From: a candidate division WOR-3 bacterium
Lineage (GTDB): Bacteria > Hydrothermota > Tepidihabitantia > Tepidihabitantales > Tepidihabitantaceae
Direction: 5' to 3'
Assembly: GCA_965649225.1 (NCBI GenBank)
Contig: CBFGJX010000002.1
Coordinates: forward strand, 96,001-160,000
DNA length: 64,000 nucleotides
Each line of letters opens with the position of its first letter. The first letter of the stretch is position 1. Below are positions 19,061 to 29,840 of the stretch, in pieces. Made by a program: the position numbers and the translations under genes. The notes under the pieces are model-generated. The model did not search any database. It was given only the letters and a program-made list of their open reading frames with translations, and was not told the DNA's origin.

Positions 19061-19618
19061 CTAGCGACGGCGCAGCGACAACAGAGGGTCGACCGGTTTC
19101 CCGGCCAGCCGCAATTCGAAGTGGAGTGTATCTCCGCTGACTCCGACAGCCTGCCCCTGCCGCAGTCTGTCGCCGACACTCACCGATATCTCCTGCAGCC
19201 GAGAATAGACGCTGTGAAGCCGTCCTGCATGCTCGACGATGACCGTATTGCCGTAACCCATGAATCGGTCGGCGAAACTCACGACACCACTGTCCACAGC
19301 AGACACCGGCTTGCCTCTTTGCGTCTTGATATCAATCCCGCGACTGACGGTGCGAGTGTTGTACTTGGATTCCAGTCGCATTCCAAAGCTGCCGACAATT
19401 TCGCCTTCGACCGGCCACGGCAGCGTGCCAACTGGTTTTGCAGGAACAGCCGGTTTCCTCTCTATCGACACTGGCACGGCCCGGCTTCGGCCACGCCGGT
19501 AGCGCGGACTCGCGGAGGTAAGCAGTGCACACCGGCTTGCAATACCTAGAACAACGAGGCTCACACAACCAAGGAACAGTGTCCGCCACCGCTGACGCTG
19601 CCTCGAGATCTTTAGCAT
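19061..19618 (-). CDS. M23/LytM-domain protein, degenerate (EnvC-like)
   Basis: LPWPVEG, GIDI, GYGNTVIVEH, LHFELR...VDP; Zn-ligand histidines partly missing. Confidence 0.85.
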   Translation of the reverse strand: MLKISRQRQRWRTLFLGCVSLVVLGIASRCALLTSASPRYRRGRSRAVPVSIERKPAVPAKPVGTLPWPVEGEIVGSFGMRLESKYNTRTVSRGIDIKTQRGKPVSAVDSGVVSFADRFMGYGNTVIVEHAGRLHSVYSRLQEISVSVGDRLRQGQAVGVSGDTLHFELRLAGKPVDPLLSLRRR

Positions 19619-19724
19619 CGCTGTAACATCTCATACAGACACCATGGCACTGAGTCAAACCGGACCGGATCACTCCAGCATCGGATTCACACCCGTCGAT
19701 CACCTGGAATCAACGCTACAGTCA

Positions 19725-19753
19725 TTGACAGCTAGCGCACAGACTCCTACTCT
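19725..19753 (+). promoter_or_regulatory. sigma70 promoter of purM (leaderless geometry)
   Basis: TTGACA-17nt-TACTCT-5nt-GTG(19759). Confidence 0.65.
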
Positions 19754-19758
19754 TGCAC

Positions 19759-20757
19759 GTGCTGTATAAAGACGCCGGCGTTGATATCGATGCGATGGAA
19801 GCGGCCAAACGCCGAATCGCCCTGCTGGCTGCGGCAACCAGAACGAAAGGCGTACTTTCGGAAATCGGGCTTTTCGGTGCCCTCTACCAGCCGCCGTTGG
19901 GTCGAAACTCACTGCTCGTGGCCAGTTGCGACGGGGTCGGTACGAAACTCTTACTCGCACGAATGACCGGACGCTACGACACTGTCGGACACGACATTGT
20001 CAACCACTGCGTCAACGACATCCTGACACTCGGTGCTCGACCCCTGTTCTTTCTCGATTACATCGCTCACTCCAACCTCTCTCCGGACAGAATCGTCGTC
20101 GTCGTCTCCGGCATCAGCCGAGCCTGCCGGGCAAATCACTGCGCGCTGGTCGGGGGTGAAACGGCAATGATGCCCGGACTCTATCGACCAGGCGACTTCG
20201 ATCTGGTCGGCTTTATTGTTGGAACCGTCTTGCGCCGTAATCTGCTCGAACCCGGCAGGCTCCGTCCCGGCGACGTCGCGGTTGGTCTCCCGTCATCCGG
20301 CCTCCACACCAACGGTTACTCTCTTGCCCGCCGAGTCCTCCTTGACGAGGCGAGGCTAAGTCTATCCGACCGCCCACGCGGTTTGCGTACCACCCTGGGT
20401 GCCGCACTGCTTCGTCCGCATCGGTCTTATCTCAAGAGTGTGATGCCGGTCATGTCAAAGCTGAAGGCAATTGCTCACATCACCGGCGGGGGTTTTTTTG
20501 ACAACATTGAGCGTCTGTTGCCGCCCGAAACTGCCTGCATAATTGACACAACCGCCTGGCGTCCCCCGCCGCTGTTTCAGCTGATTCAGTCGCTGGGTTC
20601 AGTGCCCAGAGACGAAATGTACCGTACATTCAACATGGGTATCGGCATGGTATTGTTCGCCTCTCCTAGCCATGCACCCCAGGTGCAAAAGATGATACCA
20701 GGCGCCAGACGAATCGGACGAATCGTGCGCGGTACCTTTGGCACCGCCTTGGTCTAG
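19759..20757 (+). CDS. purM: Phosphoribosylformylglycinamidine cyclo-ligase (AIR synthetase)
   Basis: YKDAGVDI, DGVGTK, GGETA.MPG, SSGLHTNGYSL, HITGGG, TFNMGIG. Confidence 0.97.
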   Translation: MLYKDAGVDIDAMEAAKRRIALLAAATRTKGVLSEIGLFGALYQPPLGRNSLLVASCDGVGTKLLLARMTGRYDTVGHDIVNHCVNDILTLGARPLFFLDYIAHSNLSPDRIVVVVSGISRACRANHCALVGGETAMMPGLYRPGDFDLVGFIVGTVLRRNLLEPGRLRPGDVAVGLPSSGLHTNGYSLARRVLLDEARLSLSDRPRGLRTTLGAALLRPHRSYLKSVMPVMSKLKAIAHITGGGFFDNIERLLPPETACIIDTTAWRPPPLFQLIQSLGSVPRDEMYRTFNMGIGMVLFASPSHAPQVQKMIPGARRIGRIVRGTFGTALV

Positions 20758-21698
20758 CCGCGCGGGTGAAAGGTCCGATGCACCTCACGCAGGTACTCAC
20801 GATCCACGCTGGTGTAGATTTGCGTGGTTGAAATCTGGCTGTGGCCAAGCATTTCCTGCACTGACCGCAGGTCAGCTCCACCTTCCAGCAAGTGGGTTGC
20901 AAAAGAATGGCGGAACGTATGGGCCGTTACTCGGCGTTCGATGCCGGCCGAGTGCACGATGCGACGGAGCAGCTTCTGAAATCCGGCCCTCGAAAGCCGG
21001 TTGCCACGCATGTTCAGAAAGAGATAAGGACTGACCCTGCCGCGGGCATAATGGGGCCTGGCCGACATCAGATAGTTCCGTACCGCTGCCACTGCCTCTC
21101 GTCCCATCGGCACGACGCGGTCCTTTCCCCTCTTGCCGGTCACCCTCAGAAATCCTTCGTCCAGCGCTACATCAGCAGTTCGCAGCCCCAGCAACTCTGA
21201 GACACGCAGACCGCAGCCATATGCCGTTTCGACCAAAGCAAGAGAACGTAGCGACCAGAAACGGTCTGTGGGGTCGACGCAGGCAGAGATAAGCCGACTG
21301 ATTTCGTCGTGCGACAGGACTACTGGCAGACGACGCCGGCGCCGTGGCGGGGTCAAGTCAATCAGAGGGTCGCCAGCGACAACACCTGTATCCATCAGGA
21401 ATTTTGCAAACGTACGTAGCGCAGAAAGCTTGCGTGCGATCGAACTCGCCTTCAAATCCAGCTGTCCGAGCCGGACGAGATAACGTTCGCCGGCGGGACG
21501 ATCAAGCAAACCGGGATTAGCGGCAATTTCGGGCACGCTGACCAGGAACTGCCTGATGTCAGCAATGTAAGCCGAGACCGATGAATGGTTCAGTCCCCGA
21601 TCGGCCAGCAGCCACTTTTCAAACCGCCCCAGCAGCTCATCAGCAGCAGGCGGGAAGCGGTGCGAGGTCGTCACGAGAGACGACGGTGTCCCTAGCAT
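20754..21698 (-). CDS. xerD: Site-specific tyrosine recombinase XerD (start uncertain; overlaps the nadB 3' end)
   Basis: YGCGLRVSEL, GKRGKDRVVP, HTFRHSFATHLLEGGADLRSVQEMLGH..ISTTQIYT, HPRG end. Confidence 0.92.
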   Translation of the reverse strand: MLGTPSSLVTTSHRFPPAADELLGRFEKWLLADRGLNHSSVSAYIADIRQFLVSVPEIAANPGLLDRPAGERYLVRLGQLDLKASSIARKLSALRTFAKFLMDTGVVAGDPLIDLTPPRRRRRLPVVLSHDEISRLISACVDPTDRFWSLRSLALVETAYGCGLRVSELLGLRTADVALDEGFLRVTGKRGKDRVVPMGREAVAAVRNYLMSARPHYARGRVSPYLFLNMRGNRLSRAGFQKLLRRIVHSAGIERRVTAHTFRHSFATHLLEGGADLRSVQEMLGHSQISTTQIYTSVDREYLREVHRTFHPRG

Positions 21699-23244
21699 AT
21701 CGCTCATCAGGCTGGGGGTGATCCTTGTTGTAGTGCAAGCCGCGTGATTCGGGCCTGCGAAGTGCACTCAGCACTATCAGCCGCGCGACCTCTACCAGAT
21801 TGTATGTCTCCCAGAGCGGGACACTGAAGCCGGGGCGAATACTCGTCAGTTTCTCGGCCAATTCAGACAGAACAGCGAAAGCCTTGTTGAGTCCCTGGTC
21901 GCTGCGGACAATTCCCGCTTCATGCCACATCAACCACTGCAGGTCATCTCTGATCGCGCTTGCGGTTTCGCTTTCGGGGCTCCCGAAAGACAATATCGAA
22001 GACATGTCGACATCGGATTCGGCAATCGATTCCCCAAAATCTATCACCAGCTCCGCGGCGCGGTCGGAAAGGACCAATGCCTCCAGCAGCGAATTCGAGG
22101 CAAGCCGGTTAGCGCCGTGAAGACCTGAACAAGCACACTCTCCGGCAGCCATCAGGCCAGGCACCGACGTGCGACCCCGATCGTCCGTAAGAACACCGCC
22201 ACAAGAGTAGTGCGCTGCCGGAACAACCGGTATCGGTTGAGTTGTTGGGTCGATACCCAGTTCGCGACACTTCGCAACAATGGTCGGGAAGCGTTCTTCC
22301 AGTCGTCGTCTTGGAATCCGGGTTGCGTCCAGCAAAACAAAATCCTCTCCCCGCTCCTTCATCTCAGTGGCGATGGCACGGGCGACGATGTCTCTCCGGG
22401 CAAGTGAGCCGGCAGGATCGTAGCGCTCCATGAACTCAGCGCCGTCCTGCGTGCGAAGTACAGCCCCTTCCCCCCTTACGGCTTCCGAAATCAGGAACAC
22501 CCGGTCGCCATCACGGCTGCCATACAACGATGTCGGATGAAACTGAACAAACTCCATGTTGGCAATCCGCGCACCAGCTCGAAATCCCATCGCCACGCCA
22601 TCACCGGTTGCAATCTGCGGATTGGTCGTGTGTCGGTAGACTTGCCCCAAACCGCCGGTCGCGAGCATGGTGACCCGCGCCTGGACCGACAGACTACGAC
22701 CAGTGCCAGTTTCGAGCAAAAACGCACCAAGACAACGACCATTATCACCCAACAGCAACCGCAGCGCGAGATGGTTCTCAAGCAGGGTCACGCGCCGGTT
22801 CGTCCGCACCGTCCTCAAGAGGCCGCGTTCGATCTCCAATCCCGTGTGGTCGCGGGCACGAACGATCCGACGACAGCGATGCCCGCCCTCCCGTCCAAGG
22901 TCAAACTGTATCCTTCCGTCGGAGTCGACATACGTATTGAACGAAATGCCCAGGTCGTAAAGCTCACGCAGCAGTCGCGGGCCCGACTCTGTAACTATCC
23001 TGACAACATCGGGATGGGCAAGGCCCGCACCTGCCGCAATCGTATCCTGAAAGTGATACTCCGGACTGTCTTCGGCGCTCATCGCCGCCGCTATGCCACC
23101 CTGAGCGTAATTGGTGTTCGACTCGCTATCGCCTTTCTTGGTTACCAGCAGGACAGTTCTACCAGCGCTAGCAACCCGATAGGCGAACCACAACCCCGCC
23201 ATGCCCGACCCCACAACCAGGCAGTCGGTCCGGGTTGTCAACAT
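21640..23244 (-). CDS. nadB: L-aspartate oxidase
   Basis: VVGSGMAG, SNTNYAQGGIAA, REGGH, EFVQFHPT, ISEAVRGEG, GLHGANRLASNSLLE, ESRGLHY. Confidence 0.96.
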   Translation of the reverse strand: MLTTRTDCLVVGSGMAGLWFAYRVASAGRTVLLVTKKGDSESNTNYAQGGIAAAMSAEDSPEYHFQDTIAAGAGLAHPDVVRIVTESGPRLLRELYDLGISFNTYVDSDGRIQFDLGREGGHRCRRIVRARDHTGLEIERGLLRTVRTNRRVTLLENHLALRLLLGDNGRCLGAFLLETGTGRSLSVQARVTMLATGGLGQVYRHTTNPQIATGDGVAMGFRAGARIANMEFVQFHPTSLYGSRDGDRVFLISEAVRGEGAVLRTQDGAEFMERYDPAGSLARRDIVARAIATEMKERGEDFVLLDATRIPRRRLEERFPTIVAKCRELGIDPTTQPIPVVPAAHYSCGGVLTDDRGRTSVPGLMAAGECACSGLHGANRLASNSLLEALVLSDRAAELVIDFGESIAESDVDMSSILSFGSPESETASAIRDDLQWLMWHEAGIVRSDQGLNKAFAVLSELAEKLTSIRPGFSVPLWETYNLVEVARLIVLSALRRPESRGLHYNKDHPQPDERYARDTVVSRDDLAPLPACC

Positions 23245-23266
23245 CGGTTTGAGGGGTGAATCTCGG

Positions 23267-23920
23267 CTAGATACCCAAGGTGAGTCCAAGCCCCAAGCGA
23301 TCGTCCGGGGTGTCGATCCGCAAACGGCTCTGGCGATTCCGTGAAGCCAGCAGTGCACAGTCAATTACCGCAACAACCCGATTCAACAGCAAACCGCCGG
23401 TAGCGAACTGCGCCTGCAGACCAGCGCGTCGAGCCTGCTTTCGCAACTGGTAGTAGTTCACCCGCGCACTGTCTGAGGACCAGTCCCAGACTCGATCGCC
23501 AAAGACCCCGTTCGCCAGAAAATAGTCGTGCTGGCGTTGCGGGTCATCAGGATAACGGGAACGGGCTTCACGCCTGACATCTTCGTTGTACTGGTCCGAG
23601 TTGTCGTAGCGTTCCAAGGCACGCCAGTAGGCCTGGCCCGAAGCTGGCGTCCGCACTCCGGCATCACGGCGTGCCATCAACACGGCATCCCGCTCTCGCT
23701 CGGTGCGTGCCCATACAGAACTTCCGTAGAAAGCCAACATACCTGCATCGACCCACAACATTGCTTCGCCGCGGCCGCGTGCGCCGAGTATGATCTGCCC
23801 AGAACCAGGGACTGCCGCCGAGGCAACGATGGCCACCTTGCGGCTGGCTGCTCCGCCTGTTAGCAATCCGCATCCGATCAAAGCAACCATCCTGACTAGT
23901 CTCACAACACTGACCTCCAT
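23267..23920 (-). CDS. Hypothetical exported/membrane protein
   Basis: ATG 23920 coupled to the upstream stop; SAAVPGSGQ motif and WDWSS segment. Confidence 0.7.
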   Translation of the reverse strand: MEVSVVRLVRMVALIGCGLLTGGAASRKVAIVASAAVPGSGQIILGARGRGEAMLWVDAGMLAFYGSSVWARTERERDAVLMARRDAGVRTPASGQAYWRALERYDNSDQYNEDVRREARSRYPDDPQRQHDYFLANGVFGDRVWDWSSDSARVNYYQLRKQARRAGLQAQFATGGLLLNRVVAVIDCALLASRNRQSRLRIDTPDDRLGLGLTLGI

Positions 23921-26628
23921 CACCTGACAATCAGCTTGCTTACCAGCCGGCCGGAACCCCGGGTGGCGACCACGAAGTACGTGCCCGGGATCGAAGGAGC
24001 ATAAAGGTCCGCGTTTGCTTGTGCAACGCAACGACCCGCTGTGTCATAAATCCTGGATGACGATCCAGCTGGTCGGTGGACCAACCGCTCACCACATCTG
24101 ACCAGGGTGGCTGGCGGGTGCTGCTTATGAACAAATCCACTAAACGGAGAACCAAGACCCACGACCTCCCAATCTGTCACCTTGGCGTAGATGTCAAAAC
24201 CTCTGCGTCGGCGGTTATCAGTCCATGTGAACGTAAGCTCTGTACGGCTCGCCGCTACACTCTGTCCGATTGTCCAATGGTGATTGTGAGGAAAGACTGG
24301 GTCGTCACTCACCTGTCGATTGCCCCCAATCGGTGTTCCGTCAATACGGTAACGCTGGCAGTATATCTCGGGCGAACCCGGGGTGCGTCGCTCATCGTTG
24401 AATACGACGACCAACCTGCCTTCATCGTCGAAATCAACTGATGCCGAATAACAGTCAAAGTTGCCACTTCGGTCGTCAACACGAACTACGGGACCGAGCG
24501 GGCTGCCGACCGAATCAAGCATCTGCAGATTCACCCCGTACCAGCCATCACTGCGCAACTGCTCCCAGACAATCGCAATTCTACCGTCTTCGGCAACGGC
24601 ACACGCCGGGTAACCATTGTAACGACCACCATCATCGCTGACACGCCGGTTAGCTCCGATCGGGTTGCCATCAGCCGAGTACAACTGGCAATAAATCTCA
24701 GGGTTCCCGCTGCGATAATCCATCCACGTAACAGCGCAGCGCCCCGACATGTTCACTGCTACGGAGCCGTAGACACCCTGGACAGTCGAATCGTCAACAA
24801 CCGGCACGTCATCGCCGATCGGACTGCCGTTCCTGTCAAACCGACGACGAAAAATCTGATATACCCCACGTCTGGTATCCATCCAGCAGACAACCGCTCG
24901 ATCAAGAGTGTCCATCGCAACAAAAGGGTACCACTGCGAGGCACCGGGAAAATCGGCATTGACCATAAAATTGCCACCCACGGGCCGACCAGACGCATCG
25001 ACGATCTGAGCATAAACGTGCCAGCCATTTCGGCCATCGGACCAGGCAACAAAAAACCTGTCCTGTCCACCAGCAACCGCTGCGTAGTACTGAGCCGCGT
25101 TTGGATCACTGTCGTCGTTGAGCTTACGATTCTGTCCGGAGGGTGAACCGTTGCTGCCAATCAGCTGCCCGTAGAGGTCTGTGACTCCTGACCGTTCGTC
25201 CTCCCAAGCAACGAACCTGACCCCGCCGGCATTCAAACCGATTGACGAAATGCGCTGCTGAGAACTGGCAGCGTCATCATTGATCCTGGTTTCGTTCCCA
25301 ATCAGTACGCCAGCCCGGGAAACCCGTCGACCGAGAATATCAGTGTTCCCTTCCCGGGCGTCTGACCAGACGACCCACCAGCCACCGTCGGGCAGAGCAA
25401 CAACAGCCGGCTGGTTGCACTTCGCCAAGACGCCGGCTTCGCTGCTAACGCGAAAAGACGAGCCAATCGGCACACCGCTGCTATCCAGCCTGCGAGCGTA
25501 AATGTCTTGCCCACCAGAACGTTGGTCCACCCAGACAACGAGGAACTCGCTGTAGCCGTTTGCAGAAACTGCCGGCGCATATTGACTACTGCTGCCCACG
25601 TCATCATTTACTAGGAAATTGCCGCCAATGGGCGTACCATCAGCACCGTACAGCTGGCCAAAAACATCCCACTGACCCCGCCGTCTGTCCTCCCAAGCGA
25701 CCGCAAAGGTACCGGCCGGGGCACAAGCGACCCGCGGAGCCCACTGAATGCTATCATCCGCTGTAACCTGAATGTTCGTTCCGCGTCGACTTCGGTCCGA
25801 ATTGAAAAGCTGCACAAAGACATTCCAATCGCTGGGATTTCTGCCCCGGCCATCCATCCACGCCACTACAAAGCGCCCTCCGCTGTCACCGGCAACATCG
25901 GGCTGGTACTGGTTTGCCATTCCAACCGGGTCGTCATTGACACGGAAATTCGTGTCGAGTTTTCTCCCCTCGTTGTCGAGAAACTGGGCAAATATGTCTC
26001 CCGTGAGTCCGAAGCGCCGGTCATCCCAAGCAACAAGCCCCACCCCCGTCTGTGCAATCCAGCAGCCCGACTCAATCTGATCACCGGGAACCCCGGAATC
26101 GCTGACCCGGAAGTTGCCTCCCAGGGGCACACCGGCATTGAGGAATTGCCCGAATAAATCTCCGTTGCCTATCTCCCTGCGGTCGTGCCAGACGATCAAT
26201 GAACGGGCCCCGGCTGCACAACAGGCTGGTTCGCCCTGCCAGCCCAGACCGGCATCATCGTTCGCCCGTCGGTTAGGCCCGAGTGCCCTGCCATTCTGGT
26301 CCAGCAACGCATACCAGACGTCAGCATCTCCCTCCCTGAAATCGTACCAGGCGACCAGCAGGTTTCCGTCATTGTCAACTGCGATAGTCGGGTCAGCATT
26401 GGAACACCCACCGGAGGTATCGTCGTTCACTGGGTAGTCGGGTCTGATAACGCTATCCGTGGAGCTTCTCACCACCGCAACACCTGGACACGGACGTCGC
26501 CTGAACTCGCATCCACGGGGCATCGGCCGCAGTTCGCCGCAGCTGCGCAAACACGCCAGTCGAGCAACCGAGGTATCGGGAGCACCGGCCACCAGACAAA
26601 ACAATACGAACGCTAGGAGCGAATTCAT
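23920..26628 (-). CDS. Secreted repeat protein (14 W-x-D-x-R repeats, probable double beta-propeller) with T9SS-type CTD
   Basis: Signal peptide; about 60-aa repeats VNDD..Q..P.VA....VxWxDxR..DIY.Q; C-terminal IYDTAGR...PGTYFV...KLIVR. Confidence 0.85.
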   Translation of the reverse strand: MNSLLAFVLFCLVAGAPDTSVARLACLRSCGELRPMPRGCEFRRRPCPGVAVVRSSTDSVIRPDYPVNDDTSGGCSNADPTIAVDNDGNLLVAWYDFREGDADVWYALLDQNGRALGPNRRANDDAGLGWQGEPACCAAGARSLIVWHDRREIGNGDLFGQFLNAGVPLGGNFRVSDSGVPGDQIESGCWIAQTGVGLVAWDDRRFGLTGDIFAQFLDNEGRKLDTNFRVNDDPVGMANQYQPDVAGDSGGRFVVAWMDGRGRNPSDWNVFVQLFNSDRSRRGTNIQVTADDSIQWAPRVACAPAGTFAVAWEDRRRGQWDVFGQLYGADGTPIGGNFLVNDDVGSSSQYAPAVSANGYSEFLVVWVDQRSGGQDIYARRLDSSGVPIGSSFRVSSEAGVLAKCNQPAVVALPDGGWWVVWSDAREGNTDILGRRVSRAGVLIGNETRINDDAASSQQRISSIGLNAGGVRFVAWEDERSGVTDLYGQLIGSNGSPSGQNRKLNDDSDPNAAQYYAAVAGGQDRFFVAWSDGRNGWHVYAQIVDASGRPVGGNFMVNADFPGASQWYPFVAMDTLDRAVVCWMDTRRGVYQIFRRRFDRNGSPIGDDVPVVDDSTVQGVYGSVAVNMSGRCAVTWMDYRSGNPEIYCQLYSADGNPIGANRRVSDDGGRYNGYPACAVAEDGRIAIVWEQLRSDGWYGVNLQMLDSVGSPLGPVVRVDDRSGNFDCYSASVDFDDEGRLVVVFNDERRTPGSPEIYCQRYRIDGTPIGGNRQVSDDPVFPHNHHWTIGQSVAASRTELTFTWTDNRRRRGFDIYAKVTDWEVVGLGSPFSGFVHKQHPPATLVRCGERLVHRPAGSSSRIYDTAGRCVAQANADLYAPSIPGTYFVVATRGSGRLVSKLIVR

Positions 26629-29600
26629 CGCGAGACGGCCAGCTTCGCGAACTTGACCTCGCGTCGGTCGTTGGCGGACACAGTCAACCTCAACACATAA
26701 AGTCCCGGCGGAATTGCACTGAGGGCGATGGCAGTCTCGTTCTCGAGCCCCGGCTCTGCACCAGACTGTATAGAGCTGACGACAGCCTCGCCAGCTAGGT
26801 TCAGGATTTCGAGCGTAGCGGTAACTGATGTACTGCCGAGTCGATAGCGTGCATACGCAACCCGTTCCGCTGGATTCGGATAGACATAGAAAGAGCTTAC
26901 CAGCTCTGCCGTCGGTGCCGGCGGCCCAGGCAGGTCACTTTGCCGCAAAAGACCGGTATGGCAGGGGTCGCGGTACGCACCAGACCACCGGACACCGGTC
27001 GACGGACCAGGCAGGTCCCACACATAGAAATCGCCCGATTCAGTGCCGGCCACAACCTCGACGTCGCCGTCACTGTCCAGGTCAGCAACAAGCGGCACAG
27101 CATTTACAGCAGCGGAAGTCATCAACGGGAACCACTCCAGCCGACGCCCTGTACGCGAGTCTATGGCGATGACCCCATACTGCGGGGAACCAACCACAAG
27201 CTCAACGGTACCGTTCCCATCCAAATCAGCCAGCACGGGTGAGGACAAAAACACGAACGGAACCTCATAGCTGATTATCCAGTTGCCGGCCAGCTCTTGA
27301 ACTGTGTATGTCGAATCCTGACGTTTCGGGTAACCGCTAACTACGCAGCCATTGCTGTTGAACGCCAACAGCTGATTACCGGCGGCACAAACAAGGTCAA
27401 GGAATCCATCGCCGTCAACGTCTGCCGCCGCTGGAGTTCCGTTGAATGGATGAGGGATGACTTCACGTGAGCGACTCAACAGCCGCCCGTCAAGCGACAG
27501 CAGATTGACAAGATAATCATAACTGCCGGCACCAATCACCGCAATTTGTCTGCCGCCATCACGCCTGAAGTCACCCACCAGCGGCTGAGCAACCGCATAG
27601 AACGGACTGACACCAAGTGCCACCGGATACCCGTCGGCAATGCTACCGTCCGGGTTAACAAGGAAGACACGGCTGTCACCAGTTACGACTACAATTCTGC
27701 CACAAGTCGTATCAGTAACCGCCACGGGAGCCCGGACCTCCGTTCCCAGGCTCACTGGAAAACCGGCCACCGGCTGCCCGTTGCCGTGCCAGGCGTACAA
27801 CCGCATGTCGGTAGAGCCGACGATAATCTCGCGTGCACCGTCGCCGTCGATGTCAGCCAGTACCGGAGCCGAAAGAATTCGGTCGCCGGTCGCCATCACA
27901 CTCAAGGCTGCACCACCAGTGTCAGGGTATACTCGAACACGTCCAAGCTTGTTAACCACTACTATCTCGGGGCGCGTATCGCCATTCACGTCTCCAACTG
28001 CCGGCGGCGACGCCGTCGCACCAGTGACCGCCCCGGGCCATCGTGGTGAATAGGGACGACCATCAGCACGCCAGACGTAGACTCTGCCGGTGGTATCGGC
28101 GACCACGATCTCAAGACTATCGTTACCGTCAAGGTCAACGGCGCATGCCGAAAGGAAAGGAGCCGCGGCACCATCCTTCGGAAAACCCGGCTGGTAGAAA
28201 TCCCAACCAACCCTGACTGTTATCACCGTATCCTTCAGGCGCCCGGTTGTATCCTGTTGCGCCAGAATAGCGACATGCAACTGCGTCTTGCCCGTGTACC
28301 CATCAGTGTTGGGATTGGTACTACCAGTGAATGCCGCGTTATAACCGTTCCTGCAAAACGCATCAAACTTGTATCCGTAGATCTCGTACTCGTAGTCGCG
28401 TCCTGACCAGTAAGGGACATCGAAATCCTGAACGCCGTCAGCCTCTTCTAGGTCAACCCCCTTGCGCTCCGGGAAGATATTGATTGCGTTATAAGGTCCG
28501 TAGTCACCGATGATTCGTCGATCGCAGTGCCAGACCAGCAGACCCGAACCCGGCTGAAAAAAATCATACTCGTTACCAGCAACAGCAACAACTACACCGT
28601 CCTCAACATCGACATCAATGGTGTCCGGACCGATTACGTCAACCTGACGATTCTCTATCAGAAAATACTCATCGGCGTTGATCGGTATCCGTAACACCGT
28701 TGGCATCGCTGTATCTGAGCGGATGCCAAAAGCGGTAGAATCCATCTGTGCGGCGTAGACTGGCACACTGTCGCGAGGCGTAACGATGTCAAGGGGCGTT
28801 ACAAATCCCAGATGAACGCGGTGAAAAGCATCCAGAAAGCCCGGCAAGACTCCGGGTGGCGCACCCGCAGCGTAATCGCCCAGCCACCCACCGTAGCCCA
28901 TCAAACTCCACCCCCCTACCCCCATGGTCACCCCGGTCACGTCGTAGAGGTCGTAGGCTCCCAACAGGTGCGCAAACTCGTGTGCGAGGGTACCGGCAAG
29001 TCCGACCATACCCAGCAGGTTGGTCTGTCCATTGTACATGGTATCCTGCCGCATCATCTCAGGAAGCACGGTCGCCTGCTCGATGCGAGTCCTGCCGGAG
29101 TCAACCAGTATCCAGGGTTCGCCTAAATAGGCTTGAATTGCACCGGCCGGGATTTCCCCCGCCATCAGGTCGAAAGGACTGTTTCGGGCCAGGCCGAAAT
29201 CCGACTGCAGACCGGAGCCAGCATGGAAAATGATGAACTCATCGTAGTCAGCAAATCGCACCGCCGGGTCGTCATCAGCAACCTTGAAGGCATCACGCAT
29301 CAAACGAACGAGACCGAGCTCGATTGCCTCGTACGATGTCGTATCTCCGTAGAAGACCATATCACGAGGAAGTTGATAGCAATCCTTCTCTCCCTCGGGC
29401 ATAACGGTGAAATCGATGTAAAGCCGTCCGAGAGATTGCGCCAAATAATAGTTGCGCAACCCCTCCATCTGACGTTCAAAATAACGTTTGAAGTGCGGCG
29501 GGTCGTAGAACAGGCCGGAATCCGGCGCCAGAAATCCGAACGTGTCCATTTTGCCGTTACCGGTTGTCAGTGGGGTGGTGTCCTCAACGAACTCCACCCG

Positions 29601-29840
29601 TAGACACAAAACCTTCACAGTATCCGGCGACCCGGAACGAAGTCGCTCAACTCGTTCAATGTCCTGCTGGAGCATTCTTCTCCGGAATCGTTCGAACGGC
29701 GGTTGCTTCCGTTCGAACATTGTGTAATTCTGCGCGAAGCGCGCCGCCTGTCGACCGGCTCCTGCCAAATGATTCCCTGCGTCACGAGTCAGACTTATCC
29801 GCCTTGCGGTGGCCGGAGTATACCAAGCAAGAAAAATCAA
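26625..29840 (-). CDS. M6-family (immune inhibitor A-like) metalloprotease with FG-GAP repeats and T9SS-type CTD
   Basis: IIFHAG, AHEFAHLLGAYDLY, WSLMGYG, EYFLIENRQ; DxDGDG repeats; YVYPNP...PPGLYVLRL..KLAVSR. The true start may be further upstream (see findings). Confidence 0.9.
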   Translation of the reverse strand: MIFLAWYTPATARRISLTRDAGNHLAGAGRQAARFAQNYTMFERKQPPFERFRRRMLQQDIERVERLRSGSPDTVKVLCLRVEFVEDTTPLTTGNGKMDTFGFLAPDSGLFYDPPHFKRYFERQMEGLRNYYLAQSLGRLYIDFTVMPEGEKDCYQLPRDMVFYGDTTSYEAIELGLVRLMRDAFKVADDDPAVRFADYDEFIIFHAGSGLQSDFGLARNSPFDLMAGEIPAGAIQAYLGEPWILVDSGRTRIEQATVLPEMMRQDTMYNGQTNLLGMVGLAGTLAHEFAHLLGAYDLYDVTGVTMGVGGWSLMGYGGWLGDYAAGAPPGVLPGFLDAFHRVHLGFVTPLDIVTPRDSVPVYAAQMDSTAFGIRSDTAMPTVLRIPINADEYFLIENRQVDVIGPDTIDVDVEDGVVVAVAGNEYDFFQPGSGLLVWHCDRRIIGDYGPYNAINIFPERKGVDLEEADGVQDFDVPYWSGRDYEYEIYGYKFDAFCRNGYNAAFTGSTNPNTDGYTGKTQLHVAILAQQDTTGRLKDTVITVRVGWDFYQPGFPKDGAAAPFLSACAVDLDGNDSLEIVVADTTGRVYVWRADGRPYSPRWPGAVTGATASPPAVGDVNGDTRPEIVVVNKLGRVRVYPDTGGAALSVMATGDRILSAPVLADIDGDGAREIIVGSTDMRLYAWHGNGQPVAGFPVSLGTEVRAPVAVTDTTCGRIVVVTGDSRVFLVNPDGSIADGYPVALGVSPFYAVAQPLVGDFRRDGGRQIAVIGAGSYDYLVNLLSLDGRLLSRSREVIPHPFNGTPAAADVDGDGFLDLVCAAGNQLLAFNSNGCVVSGYPKRQDSTYTVQELAGNWIISYEVPFVFLSSPVLADLDGNGTVELVVGSPQYGVIAIDSRTGRRLEWFPLMTSAAVNAVPLVADLDSDGDVEVVAGTESGDFYVWDLPGPSTGVRWSGAYRDPCHTGLLRQSDLPGPPAPTAELVSSFYVYPNPAERVAYARYRLGSTSVTATLEILNLAGEAVVSSIQSGAEPGLENETAIALSAIPPGLYVLRLTVSANDRREVKFAKLAVSR

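Noticed and set aside
20754..21698. Tyrosine recombinase as a phage/ICE integrase
   Set aside because: It has canonical XerD motifs and housekeeping neighbours; no att repeats or mobile genes were seen, including next to the tRNAs.
23920..26628. CRISPR array or DNA tandem repeat
   Set aside because: The repeats are degenerate and protein-level only; no identical spaced DNA repeats or cas genes were seen in the window.
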